A stretch of 64,000 nucleotides of DNA from the IMG/VR virus record IMGVR_UViG_2881096153_000005, positions 10,147 to 74,146 of that record, one strand, 5' to 3'. The position numbers and the translations under genes are program-made. Positions within the stretch are counted from its first letter, which is position 1; every line of letters begins with the position of its first letter. Positions 27,120 to 35,908 of the stretch are shown here, one piece after another. This DNA comes from a virus. Lineage: Duplodnaviria > Caudoviricetes. A model generated the notes under the pieces. That model was not told the DNA's origin, did not search any database, and saw only the letters and a list, made by a program, of their open reading frames with translations.

Positions 27120-28178
27120 ATGATCGTACAAGAAGCAGTTTTAGGGGGCTATTCGGCCCCAAATGTCGGGTTTGTACAGTTGATTTTACTCGTACAACGG
27201 GAGTATGTTATGACGGTAGACCACCCCTACCGATACCGGCTCGATCGGCAAGAGATACAGCTTCCGACCGACACCGGCTGCATCAGCTTTTATTCAGATG
27301 CGGTTTCTTACAAAATGGTATTCCCGCCCAAAGCCTGTACGTTCGCAATACTGCCGCTTGGTGGTGGAGCGTATCAAACGACGATCAACTACGACCTGCC
27401 GGGTACGGATGTCGGTTTGGTTTCGTTTGTTGAAGCCTCCAAGAACAAACAGTGGGTGGTGATCATGCTCGACAACAATGGGCGCACCTATATAATAGGT
27501 ACGGAGGAGCAGGGCATGCGGCTGGACTGCAAGCAGGGAATATCGGCTATCTCCATCACGAACCTAACCCTCCGAAGTAAGTTGAATCAGCCGGCCATGC
27601 AGGTGGCATCTATGTCAGGCTTCACCTTGCCCCTTTTGGAAATCGGCGGTTATCGTACCCCAAATATTGGCTGGGTACGCAAGCTGTACCTGCTGGATCA
27701 CCGCGAGGTGGTGTCGGTGTTGGACCCGATCAGGCACCGCTACCCGAATGCACAGCCCGGTATGGTGCCGGTCGGTGGCCTGGCCACGTTGGTGGGTGCG
27801 AAGCTTACGCGGCTGATATTCCCACCAAGGGCTTGCACGGTGGCGGTGGAGTATCGAGGGCCATACAACTCCTACACGATTAACTGTCAGCTGCCGGGCA
27901 CGAGCGCCGAGCTGGCGCATTTCTACGAAATGGCCCGGCAGAAGCAGCACGTATGCCTGCTGGAAGACAGCAATGGCAACGGCTTTATCCTGGGCAACGA
28001 GGAACGTGGCCTACGGCTCGAACTGTCACAAGCTGTAACGAATACTGCAATGACCGACCTGCGGCTAGGCGGAATACAGAACGTACCGCCCTTTGCGCTC
28101 CTAGGCGGTCTCGTCCTTGCAGATTTGTTCGAGTCTACCGACTTTTCGGTCGAATTCTCGCTAGATTTTAACGCTTAA
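27120..28178 (+). CDS. Virion protein with two tandem tail-tube-like domains
   Basis: Internal duplication (GGYSAPNVGFV / GGYRTPNIGWV; DNNGRTYIIGTEEQGMRL / DSNGNGFILGNEERGLRL) resembling the pattern of 32752-33318. Confidence 0.5.
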   Translation: MIVQEAVLGGYSAPNVGFVQLILLVQREYVMTVDHPYRYRLDRQEIQLPTDTGCISFYSDAVSYKMVFPPKACTFAILPLGGGAYQTTINYDLPGTDVGLVSFVEASKNKQWVVIMLDNNGRTYIIGTEEQGMRLDCKQGISAISITNLTLRSKLNQPAMQVASMSGFTLPLLEIGGYRTPNIGWVRKLYLLDHREVVSVLDPIRHRYPNAQPGMVPVGGLATLVGAKLTRLIFPPRACTVAVEYRGPYNSYTINCQLPGTSAELAHFYEMARQKQHVCLLEDSNGNGFILGNEERGLRLELSQAVTNTAMTDLRLGGIQNVPPFALLGGLVLADLFESTDFSVEFSLDFNA

Positions 28179-28188
28179 CAGTACGACA

Positions 28189-29262
28189 ATGCCCTATTTT
28201 GAAAGCCTCGAACAGTTTATTGCCTCGGTGACTGCCAGGTTGAACAAGCCCCGGCGTGGCGTGTCCGGCTCGGAAGGCGTAACGGCTGCGGACTTTCGGG
28301 AAGCCATGATTGACACGGCTAAGCGTGCGGAAGATTTGATTCTGTTTGGACAGGAGAATATTGCACCGGCGATGGCCCTTATTACTCAACTGTATTCCTC
28401 ATTCCCGAAAATTACGCTGGCAGCGCTCCGGGCCCTTGAATACGATCCGGACGCAAGCGATGCGCAACCGGCCTATCTGATTACGGATCTGGATGAGTTT
28501 TTCCGGTACGATGTAAGCGAAGCCGGAGCCGACAATGGCACCACGATTGTGGTGGATGCGGCAGATGGTCGATGGGTGCGTACCTCCCTTTTTCAGGCGG
28601 CATTTTCGGCCAAAAGCGTCTATGAACAATGGCTCGATGAAGGCAATATTGGTTCGTTTTCCGACATGATGGAGACACTTGTTGGGGAGCCTGGCTCGAA
28701 TGGAGCAAGTGCTTATGCCTTATGGTTGGCGGATAATCCTGGCGGAACGCTCGAAGATTTTTTTCTGAGCTTAAAAGGAGATCCGGGCGAAGATGCTGAT
28801 ATAAGTTTCATTGATGGCGGTACCACCGGGCAGGTTTTGGCCAAGGCTTCGGCAGTGGATAAAGATGTGGAATGGATAGATCCACCTGTTCCAGATGCGA
28901 ACCTTGGGCTAATTCAGGCAGTTCAGGGCGGAAGCTCGGTCACAATGACATCGGCAGATGTACAATATACAGGATGCAGTCTCACTTTAACACCTGGAAC
29001 GTGGCTTGTTTCCGGAAGGATCGTATTTACCCGAAATTCCACCGGAATTTCGCAGTATCGAGCAGACATTAGCGGTGTTGGTGTTGCCGTTCCTACATGC
29101 TTTCAATCTTCTGTCAGCGTAAACCCTCACCAGGTTTCGATGCCGCTTATTGGAATAATTACAGTAGCAAGCAGCACATCAATTAGCATCAAAGGCATGT
29201 CTAGCACGACTGGATGTTTGATTGTGTATAGTAATATTCAAGCCGTTAAAATAGCCCCATGA
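28189..29262 (+). CDS. Tail-fibre-like/virion protein
   Basis: Short collagen-like LKGDPGEDA, GGTTGQVLAKAS..D.DVEW fibre motif, beta-rich C-terminus. Confidence 0.55.
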   Translation: MPYFESLEQFIASVTARLNKPRRGVSGSEGVTAADFREAMIDTAKRAEDLILFGQENIAPAMALITQLYSSFPKITLAALRALEYDPDASDAQPAYLITDLDEFFRYDVSEAGADNGTTIVVDAADGRWVRTSLFQAAFSAKSVYEQWLDEGNIGSFSDMMETLVGEPGSNGASAYALWLADNPGGTLEDFFLSLKGDPGEDADISFIDGGTTGQVLAKASAVDKDVEWIDPPVPDANLGLIQAVQGGSSVTMTSADVQYTGCSLTLTPGTWLVSGRIVFTRNSTGISQYRADISGVGVAVPTCFQSSVSVNPHQVSMPLIGIITVASSTSISIKGMSSTTGCLIVYSNIQAVKIAP

Positions 29263-29708
29263 TTTTTTACCCCGCCCCGATCGCTGACCCCGTAAGCATT
29301 TTCGTTATGAAAATGGTACATGAAGCGCTTGTAATTGAACACGATCTGGAACTTTCACAGACCGTGCGCATCGAATATTGGACAGACGACAACGGCGCCT
29401 TTGGTGTGCCTATCGCTGAGTATTTCGATGCGAACGAAACGCTATCGACTGAGCAGAAAGCCCGCTCGAAAGCGCAGTATTCGCCTTTTACTCGCACCGC
29501 AAGCACCCGCGGCTACATGATCAACCCGGCCACCGGCGACATCGTGCAGCCTGACGAAGCGGGTAACTACCCCGAAGGATCGGTTCCTGAGCGCATGGCC
29601 TGGCTGAGCGTACTCGCCGAAAATGTACCGGGCGATGCCCTTTCCGATAAAGTAATTGCGCTGATCGTGCAGAGTATGGGCACGATGGCGGCTAACAAGC
29701 GCCTGTAA
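29259..29708 (+). CDS. Hypothetical protein (possible fibre-associated)
   Basis: Coupled to the fibre-like gene. Confidence 0.55.
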   Translation: MIFYPAPIADPVSIFVMKMVHEALVIEHDLELSQTVRIEYWTDDNGAFGVPIAEYFDANETLSTEQKARSKAQYSPFTRTASTRGYMINPATGDIVQPDEAGNYPEGSVPERMAWLSVLAENVPGDALSDKVIALIVQSMGTMAANKRL

Positions 29709-29709
29709 T

Positions 29710-30099
29710 ATGACTCACTACCCCGACATCCGTTTCCGAAAGGACATCGACAATAGCAAGCTCGACATGTTTGTGGTAGTAGAGCCGTGCCGGGTCGAGA
29801 TCGTCGGTCCGCGGCTAAGTTTGGTGATTCCCTATGGGTATAAAACCGATTTTGCCAGTGTTCCGCAATGGCTATGGAGCATTGTACCGCCGCATGGCCG
29901 CATGACCAACGCGGCAGTGGTCCACGACTTTATGTACGACAACCGGGTTTTTGAAACCTACCTCGGTCCGGAGCTGGCACGAGCTTTTGCCGATCGCATT
30001 TTTCTGCGAAACATGCTGGCATCTGGCGTGAAGCCTGCACAGGCTCGCATGTTCTACTGGGCGGTGCGGATGTTTGGTGCCCGGTGGTGGCGCGAGTGA
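29710..30099 (+). CDS. DUF1353 family protein
   Basis: IPYGYKTDFASVPQWLW...AAVVHDFMY...ADRIF...M...GV...RMFYWAVRMFG. Confidence 0.85.
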   Translation: MTHYPDIRFRKDIDNSKLDMFVVVEPCRVEIVGPRLSLVIPYGYKTDFASVPQWLWSIVPPHGRMTNAAVVHDFMYDNRVFETYLGPELARAFADRIFLRNMLASGVKPAQARMFYWAVRMFGARWWRE

Positions 30100-30134
30100 G
30101 ATAGAAGAAAAATACATTTGGAACTACGGATTTA

Positions 30135-30165
30135 CAGCCCGGTCGCTATGCGGTCGGGCTGTTTT
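30135..30165 (+). terminator. Intrinsic terminator
   Basis: CAGCCCGGTCGC-tat-GCGGTCGGGCTG (with G-U pairs) followed by TTTTG. Confidence 0.6.
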
Positions 30166-30167
30166 GT

Positions 30168-30224
30168 GTCCTACCTTAATTTCTAAGGCCCCTGCATATT
30201 CGTAGACATAATTCAGTACTACGA
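30168..30224 (+). promoter_or_regulatory. Late-promoter-like motif before head genes
   Basis: GTCCT at 30168, ATATTCGTA at 30196, and inverted repeat TCGTAG...CTACGA ending on the start-codon A. Confidence 0.55.
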
Positions 30225-31105
30225 TGCTTCACCGTTTTTTTTCTGGCCCCTGGGCAATGGAACCCCGCCTGCACGACCGCCTGGCACCCTTGGTGCTGAG
30301 TGGCCGGGTGGATTTGAATGCCGCCAAACTTGCGCGCGATCGCCGCTCTCCCCGCTTTGAAATTGTTGCGCTCGATGCGCCAACGAAAAATGCGGTCGGG
30401 AGTGGATCTGCCTATCGGTACCTGCCTAAGTTGGGCACGAAAGAAGGGGTGGTTCCAATCATCCCGGTGATTGGTACCATGACCCGCTATGGCGATATGT
30501 GCAGCTACGGCACCGAGGATATTTCGGCGTGGATTCTGGAAGCAGAAAACGACCGCTCGGTGGTTGGAATGGTGCTCGAAATCGACTCGGGGGGTGGTGA
30601 AGTGAATGGCACCGAACTGCTGGCCGAAGTGGTGCGACAGAGTTCCAAACCCGTAGTGGCCTATGTCACAGGAATGGCGGCAAGCGCTGCCTATTGGGTG
30701 GCAAGTGCTACGCAGTGGATTGTGATGGAAAGTGCCACGGCTTCGGAAGTGGGCTCCATTGGCGTGCTGAGCATGCACGTGGACATGACCAAGGCTCTGG
30801 AAAAACAGGGAATGGCCGTGACGATCATCCGGGCGGAAGGCTCGGAAAACAAGGCCTTGTACAATTCTGTCGAGCCGATCGACGCTGCGATGATTGCCGC
30901 CGTGCGCGCAGAGATGAAGCCGATTCGGGAAGCCTTCGAGGATTCGGTGCGAGCTGGCCGGCCAAACATTTCGGACAAGGTATTTGAGAGCAAGGGCGGG
31001 ATGTTTCCTGCCTCCAAGGCCGTTGGGCTGGGCATGGCCGACGAGATTGGATTTCTTGGAAATGCAGTGGCGAAGGTGCTCGAACTGGCTCAAAAAGGAG
31101 AATGA
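30224..31105 (+). CDS. S49-family (SppA-like) prohead protease
   Basis: LEIDSGGGEV, GMAASAAYWVAS, VGSIGV, catalytic-Lys region KALYN, GMADEIG. Confidence 0.9.
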   Translation: MLHRFFSGPWAMEPRLHDRLAPLVLSGRVDLNAAKLARDRRSPRFEIVALDAPTKNAVGSGSAYRYLPKLGTKEGVVPIIPVIGTMTRYGDMCSYGTEDISAWILEAENDRSVVGMVLEIDSGGGEVNGTELLAEVVRQSSKPVVAYVTGMAASAAYWVASATQWIVMESATASEVGSIGVLSMHVDMTKALEKQGMAVTIIRAEGSENKALYNSVEPIDAAMIAAVRAEMKPIREAFEDSVRAGRPNISDKVFESKGGMFPASKAVGLGMADEIGFLGNAVAKVLELAQKGE

Positions 31106-31130
31106 GTATTCACTTAATTAATTAATAACA

Positions 31131-31619
31131 ATGGATTTAGGACGAAAAACACTTGGTCAGCTGATGGCGCAGACCTTTGGTTTTGGCGGTAAAACTGCTG
31201 ACGTCAGTGCGGATGTGGACACCGGCGAAACGGACGAAACCTCCGACGATACCGACGAAGACGAATCGGAAAACGAGACCGATGAAACCACCGAAACTGA
31301 GACGAAGCCTGCTGCCAAAACTGGGAAGAAAAAAGCTGCACAGGCAGACTCGAAAAAGGAAACGGTAGCATCGACCGTGACCCTTAGCCTGGACGATTAC
31401 AATGCTTTGAAGGCGGATGCTGATCAGGCCAAAAGCCTAAAAGCTGCTCAGGCCGATTTGAAAAAAAAGGCTGCGGCCTGGGATGCTCATCAAAAGGCCG
31501 TGGGTGGCACGAACGCTGCGGAAGACAGCACCAACGAAACGAAATCGACCGACGCGGCTGACGATGCAGAAGCTAAGGAGATCAAGCGGCTGGAAGCTCG
31601 GTACAAGGGTCTGATGTAA
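31131..31619 (+). CDS. Probable scaffolding protein
   Basis: Acidic, low-complexity helical protein between the protease and capsid genes. Confidence 0.55.
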   Translation: MDLGRKTLGQLMAQTFGFGGKTADVSADVDTGETDETSDDTDEDESENETDETTETETKPAAKTGKKKAAQADSKKETVASTVTLSLDDYNALKADADQAKSLKAAQADLKKKAAAWDAHQKAVGGTNAAEDSTNETKSTDAADDAEAKEIKRLEARYKGLM

Positions 31620-31673
31620 GGATCTGAGGTACGGGGCACGGATTATTTTTTCACTATTTTTTTTCTATTAGCT

Positions 31674-32681
31674 ATGGCAGCAAGTAATGTAGTTGATGTT
31701 TCGGCGCTGTCGGAACAATTGACCAAAGACAAAAAGGATTACGGTAAGATTTTTGGCCTGAAAATGGCCTCCGGATGGGACGCAAAGCCTGACTTTGTGC
31801 GCCTGGGGATTAATGAAGAAGTGATTCTGGTTCGTGACGAACTGGATAACCTCACGCAGCCTGGCCGGACAGGAGCAACGAACTTTTCAACCACGTTCAT
31901 CAAGCAGAAGGAGCGTATCGGAAAGTTGAAACCTGCAAAGGTTGACTTGAAATTGACCGAGGAAGAATTGTACAAGTTGCGCGTGTCGTACATCGGCAAG
32001 CGGGAGCCTGGCAACCCTCGTGATATTAACTCGCTGCCCGGTCGGAATTACATCATGGGCCGAGTAATGGCGGGTATTGGCAAGGAGATCAACAAGGCGA
32101 TTTTTAAGGGAGTTGAAAACCGGGCGACCGGGGTTCAGGGTGGCCTGAACCTGTTTGACGGGTTGAGCTTCAAATTTACCGAGGGCTACACGGCTGTGGA
32201 AGACGACGGAGTTGAAGATATTCCGGAAGGGAACAAAGTGACCGGTGCAGCTCTCGCAGTAACGGAAGCGAATATCCTGGGCGAGTTGAAGAAGATCGTG
32301 AATTTGATCTACGGCTCAGAGACGCTGATTGAGTACAAGGACGAAGCGGCATCGCTGTTTATCCCGCCAATGTGGTATCAGTACATGGTGAATGCCCTGG
32401 ACAGTGCATTGAGCAACGGCAGTCAGGTGGTGTCAAAACGTGGAAATGAGTATGTGTTCAACTTGTTGCCCAACACGGTGATCAAGCCACGTACCTACAT
32501 GATCGGCGTGGATAACATGGTTTGGACGGTGGATGGCAATCTGTTTTGGTTGCATCAGGATGTGGAGACTGATATTCCTCGTATCAAATTCCAGGAGTCG
32601 GACCGCGACCTAAAAATCCTGATCGACTTTGAGGTGAACGTTGAATATGCAGATGGCCGCCTGGTTGTACTGTATAAGTAA
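31674..32681 (+). CDS. Major capsid protein (probable)
   Basis: 335 aa after protease and scaffold; E..KAIFKG...FDG...F pattern typical of HK97-fold capsids. Confidence 0.72.
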   Translation: MAASNVVDVSALSEQLTKDKKDYGKIFGLKMASGWDAKPDFVRLGINEEVILVRDELDNLTQPGRTGATNFSTTFIKQKERIGKLKPAKVDLKLTEEELYKLRVSYIGKREPGNPRDINSLPGRNYIMGRVMAGIGKEINKAIFKGVENRATGVQGGLNLFDGLSFKFTEGYTAVEDDGVEDIPEGNKVTGAALAVTEANILGELKKIVNLIYGSETLIEYKDEAASLFIPPMWYQYMVNALDSALSNGSQVVSKRGNEYVFNLLPNTVIKPRTYMIGVDNMVWTVDGNLFWLHQDVETDIPRIKFQESDRDLKILIDFEVNVEYADGRLVVLYK

Positions 32682-32751
32682 GCGATCGATTTAAAATAAT
32701 TATTCACAGGGGTTGGGGAAGCCCACCCCCTATTTTTTCTCTACATAAAAA

Positions 32752-33318
32752 ATGGCAGGAGTATTCAAAAATCTGGGATACGTAGCCCGTGGGGCTAGTA
32801 ATTTAGGAGGCATCAGCCGCATGGTTGGTTTTGCCGAGAGCGATTTTGAGGGAGGTACTGGTTGGCCGCTGCGCAAGGACATTGTGGCCGGCGAAACATC
32901 CGTAGTGCCCCCATTGAAAGATGGTGTGGTTGGTGCGGAGTTCACGTTCGACCATGGCAGCTGCCGGGCGAAGTCGGGAAAGAAAGGAAAACTCGGCTAT
33001 CAGAACCACGACCACGAGGTAGAAGCAAAATTCGCCGGTGTGTCGAAAGGGCAAGCTGCGGCTGTGGATGCGTTTTTTAACGAAGGTGGCGTGATTGTAT
33101 GCTACTACAAGGATGGCAGTCGCCGGGTGTATGGTGCAAGCTGGAACCCGCTGGTGATTGAGGAATCGGACGATTCGGGTGCGAAGGGTGGTGATGCGAA
33201 CAGCATTACGTTTAAGGCTAAGGCCGAAGATTTAGATTTTCACGCGCCTTTCCTTGCTCCTGCGGTTGTGCTACCTACCGACGCTACGGCTGTGAAGGCG
33301 ATGCCTTTCGAGGTGTAA
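32752..33318 (+). CDS. Major tail tube protein (probable)
   Basis: NLGGI N-terminal motif; VIVCYYKDG..RVYG...NPL.....DSG...GDANSITF typical of Bacteroidota siphophage tube proteins. Confidence 0.62.
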   Translation: MAGVFKNLGYVARGASNLGGISRMVGFAESDFEGGTGWPLRKDIVAGETSVVPPLKDGVVGAEFTFDHGSCRAKSGKKGKLGYQNHDHEVEAKFAGVSKGQAAAVDAFFNEGGVIVCYYKDGSRRVYGASWNPLVIEESDDSGAKGGDANSITFKAKAEDLDFHAPFLAPAVVLPTDATAVKAMPFEV

Positions 33319-33329
33319 TTCCTTAGGCA

Positions 33330-33536
33330 ATGGCTAAGAAGAAAATGAAAATATGGCAAGTCCGGCCCGGTGTGGGCCGGATTGCCTTAGAAAAACAGGG
33401 TTCACGCATTGTGCTCAGCAATGATCTGCCGCAGGAGCTGCTTGCCGAACTGGCAAAGGAGAAACTTGCCGCAGGATTTTTGGAGCAGGTGTCTGTACCC
33501 ATAACCGAATCTACCGATGTCGAAAGCGAAAGTTAA
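33330..33536 (+). CDS. Small hypothetical protein
   Basis: 68 aa, 11 bp after the tube gene. Confidence 0.55.
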   Translation: MAKKKMKIWQVRPGVGRIALEKQGSRIVLSNDLPQELLAELAKEKLAAGFLEQVSVPITESTDVESES

Positions 33537-33978
33537 TGCGGCGCTTACCGCCCTGGACAAAGCCGCCAAAGGTGCCTATAAGGTGCTGAACGAAGTGGCT
33601 GATAATACCTACGAAGGCTCCCCCGCCGAAGCCGAACCTACGAAGCATGCGTATGAGATCAGTTTGCGGCTTCGCAAGCAGCTTGAAATCTACGAAGCCA
33701 ATGCCCAATACGACGGCATGTCTCCGGAAGAAATCGAGCTAAAAAAAGCGACCGACCTGGCCGAAGCTCGCGCGAAACTGAAAGCCGAAGCAGCTGCAAA
33801 GCTGGCCGAATTGAAGCCGAAGGCGGTGAAAGAAGTGGTGATGGAGGAAGATCCTGACCATGATGCGATGCCAGTGCCGATTAGTGATCCGGAGCCGGTG
33901 CAAGATCCTGAACCGGTGCAAGAACCTGAACCGGTTGGTGATCCTGAACCGGTGCAAGATCCAGAACCTTCGGCCTAG
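33517..33978 (+). CDS. Hypothetical protein with C-terminal DPEPVQ repeats
   Basis: Helical N-terminus followed by five hexapeptide repeats. Confidence 0.6.
   Translation: MSKAKVNAALTALDKAAKGAYKVLNEVADNTYEGSPAEAEPTKHAYEISLRLRKQLEIYEANAQYDGMSPEEIELKKATDLAEARAKLKAEAAAKLAELKPKAVKEVVMEEDPDHDAMPVPISDPEPVQDPEPVQEPEPVGDPEPVQDPEPSA
33886..33975 (+). repeat. Five tandem 18-bp units (consensus GATCCTGAACCGGTGCAA)
   Basis: Units start at 33886, 33904, 33922, 33940 and 33958. Confidence 0.9.
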
Positions 33979-33996
33979 TATGAAAAGCTATCTATG

Positions 33997-34030
33997 AAAA
34001 ACAGCCTTACGAGCGTAGGGCTGTTTTTTT
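33997..34030 (+). terminator. Intrinsic terminator
   Basis: AAAAACAGCCTTAC-gagc-GTAGGGCTGTTTTTTT. Confidence 0.8.
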
Positions 34031-34072
34031 GTGTCCTGTTGTATAGGGAAGGCTAGTGTGTATATTTGTAAC

Positions 34073-34212
34073 GCTAACGATTGATAATTTTCTGGGGTAC
34101 AAGTGTGGACATGCAATGGAATCAGGGCATGGCCGGTAAGCGTGCGGTTGTAAGTACCGCACCACTTGTACTCCGTTATTGGATTATCGGTCGTTAGCAG
34201 CGACTTACCGGC
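34073..34212 (+). ncRNA. Candidate structured non-coding RNA (unassigned family)
   Basis: 16-bp and 12-bp nested helices with G-U pairs, two inner hairpins and a 9-bp pseudoknot-type pairing. Begins just after a promoter motif (34033-34070). Confidence 0.65.
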
Positions 34213-34227
34213 TTATATTTCTCCCCG

Positions 34228-34566
34228 ATGATTCCTGCTCCTGTTGGTTTTGAAAGCCTGAATGAATTTCTCCATCGAAAAAAAATTGATGCAGAATATA
34301 TCCGCAGCTCTTTGGAATCGTACCTCGGTAGCTATGATCACCGGCAGTGTGACTCGGACGATCTCGAACTTGATCATCAGGTATGGGCCTATCGACAGAT
34401 CATTCATGAATTTGTTTTGATTCTCTACAATGACAGCAGCACAGCAGATACAGAAGCAGAAGGCAGCGCTGAGCCTGATGGAAATGAAAGTAAAGGCAGG
34501 CCGAGCACGCCCGGAGCAGCTCGACGCCCTGCGCAGCCAACTGGCCACCCTGCAAAAAAACGCTGA
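34228..34566 (+). CDS. Possible hypothetical protein
   Basis: 112-aa ORF. Its last 137 bp overlap the next gene in another frame, so it may be spurious. Confidence 0.35.
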   Translation: MIPAPVGFESLNEFLHRKKIDAEYIRSSLESYLGSYDHRQCDSDDLELDHQVWAYRQIIHEFVLILYNDSSTADTEAEGSAEPDGNESKGRPSTPGAARRPAQPTGHPAKKR

Positions 34567-35086
34567 GCAAAAACCCCCATCGCCCGATCGGGCAGCCCCC
34601 ACTACCCCAACTCCCGAAAAAACCGCAGCTGAGCGCCCGAAGGGTGAAGCCTATGCCGAAAAGCAGGCCGAACTAAGCACGGAAGCCAACGAGCTACGAA
34701 AGGAACAGGCGAAACTTAGCAACTTGCTGCACAAGGTGTCGCCCCACGTGGATTGCTACGAGTTGACGTCGCGTATCTACGAGTTGCAGGTACAGATTGA
34801 AGGACTGTGGGATGAAAAAAAGTACATCGAGCGAAACGGCCTGGATACGGGTGGCACGTTTCGTGATAGGCCAGAAAAAGTAGTGCCTGCCAAATCGCTG
34901 GACGATGTGCAGCACAAGGCCGTGCTGACCGTTGAGCTGCAACGGCTCCGGGAAAAGCGCTCGAAAGTGACAAGAAAGTTGGAAAACCCGAAATCGGCAG
35001 AATCGAAACGGGCAGAATGGAGCATCGAGCTCGCGCAGACGAATGCACGCATCGAGGAGCTGACGGCTCAGCGGTATGTACTTTAA
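34430..35086 (+). CDS. Coiled-coil hypothetical protein
   Basis: 218 aa, heptad-rich. Confidence 0.65.
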   Translation: MTAAQQIQKQKAALSLMEMKVKAGRARPEQLDALRSQLATLQKNAEQKPPSPDRAAPTTPTPEKTAAERPKGEAYAEKQAELSTEANELRKEQAKLSNLLHKVSPHVDCYELTSRIYELQVQIEGLWDEKKYIERNGLDTGGTFRDRPEKVVPAKSLDDVQHKAVLTVELQRLREKRSKVTRKLENPKSAESKRAEWSIELAQTNARIEELTAQRYVL

Positions 35087-35233
35087 GGCTTGCCCCGCAT
35101 TTTTCGCCACTCTTTCCATTCTCTATTGGTGGTGAAGGTCGGGAGCGGGAGCAGTAATTGAAACATTGCCCAAAAGTACCATTTGAGTATTCGCCAGGTG
35201 CGATTTTGTTTTTTTACATTTTTACTGTTAGCC

Positions 35234-35854
35234 ATGATTAATGAATTGTTTGTAACACAGAGGGTTGCTATTTCGGAATTGGTGCCCCACGTTAAGAATC
35301 CGCGGAAGATCAAAGCTACTGAAAAACAGAAACTTTGGGAGCGGATCCAAAAATTTGGCATGATCGGTATTCCCGTCCGGGATGCTGATAATACACTGCT
35401 AAGCGGGAATCAGCGATGTGAAGTGCTCGCATCGCATGGCCTGGGTGATTATGTCATCGACGTGCGCACGGCAGTGCGTAAACTCACCGAGCAAGAATTG
35501 CGGGAGGTGATGATGATCGAGAACAGCCACGCCGGAGAGTTTGATATGGAGGTGCTGAAAGCGGAGTTTGACGAATACATCGACCTCGATAGCTTTGGCC
35601 TAAGCCTGGACGAGCTGGCAAAGGACCTGACCGAAGCGGGCTCGGAACTCGCACCAAGCGAACCGGAGCTGCCTATTGTTGCGAAATTCAGCGAAAAGTA
35701 CGACTCCGTGGTGATCATCTGCCGAAACGAAATTGACTATAATCACCTGGCTGAAAAGCTGGGACTTGATCGCTCGCAGTGCTATAAGAGCAGCAAGGTA
35801 GGTACCACGCACGTGCTTGATGCGAAACAGGTGATTGAGGTTTTGACGAAATAA
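35234..35854 (+). CDS. ParB/Srx-like N-terminal domain protein
   Basis: LVPHVKNPRKI...IQKFG....PVRD.DNTLLSGNQR; ATG at 35234 in TTAGCCATG context. Confidence 0.8.
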   Translation: MINELFVTQRVAISELVPHVKNPRKIKATEKQKLWERIQKFGMIGIPVRDADNTLLSGNQRCEVLASHGLGDYVIDVRTAVRKLTEQELREVMMIENSHAGEFDMEVLKAEFDEYIDLDSFGLSLDELAKDLTEAGSELAPSEPELPIVAKFSEKYDSVVIICRNEIDYNHLAEKLGLDRSQCYKSSKVGTTHVLDAKQVIEVLTK

Positions 35855-35908
35855 TCTACTGAATACCTGGCGAGGCCTGCGAAGTACTCCCAAACAAAAT
35901 TTTGGCAA

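Noticed and set aside
28189-29262. Diversity-generating retroelement target
   Set aside because: No reverse transcriptase gene and no TR/VR pair differing at adenines was seen in the window.
30176-31093. 305-aa minus-strand ORF opposite the S49 protease
   Set aside because: It exactly shadows a well-supported plus-strand gene and has no recognisable domain.
33330-33978. Programmed -1 frameshift (lambda G/GT-type chaperones) after the tube gene
   Set aside because: The second ORF is in the +1 frame relative to the first, and no canonical XXXYYYZ slippery heptamer is in frame.
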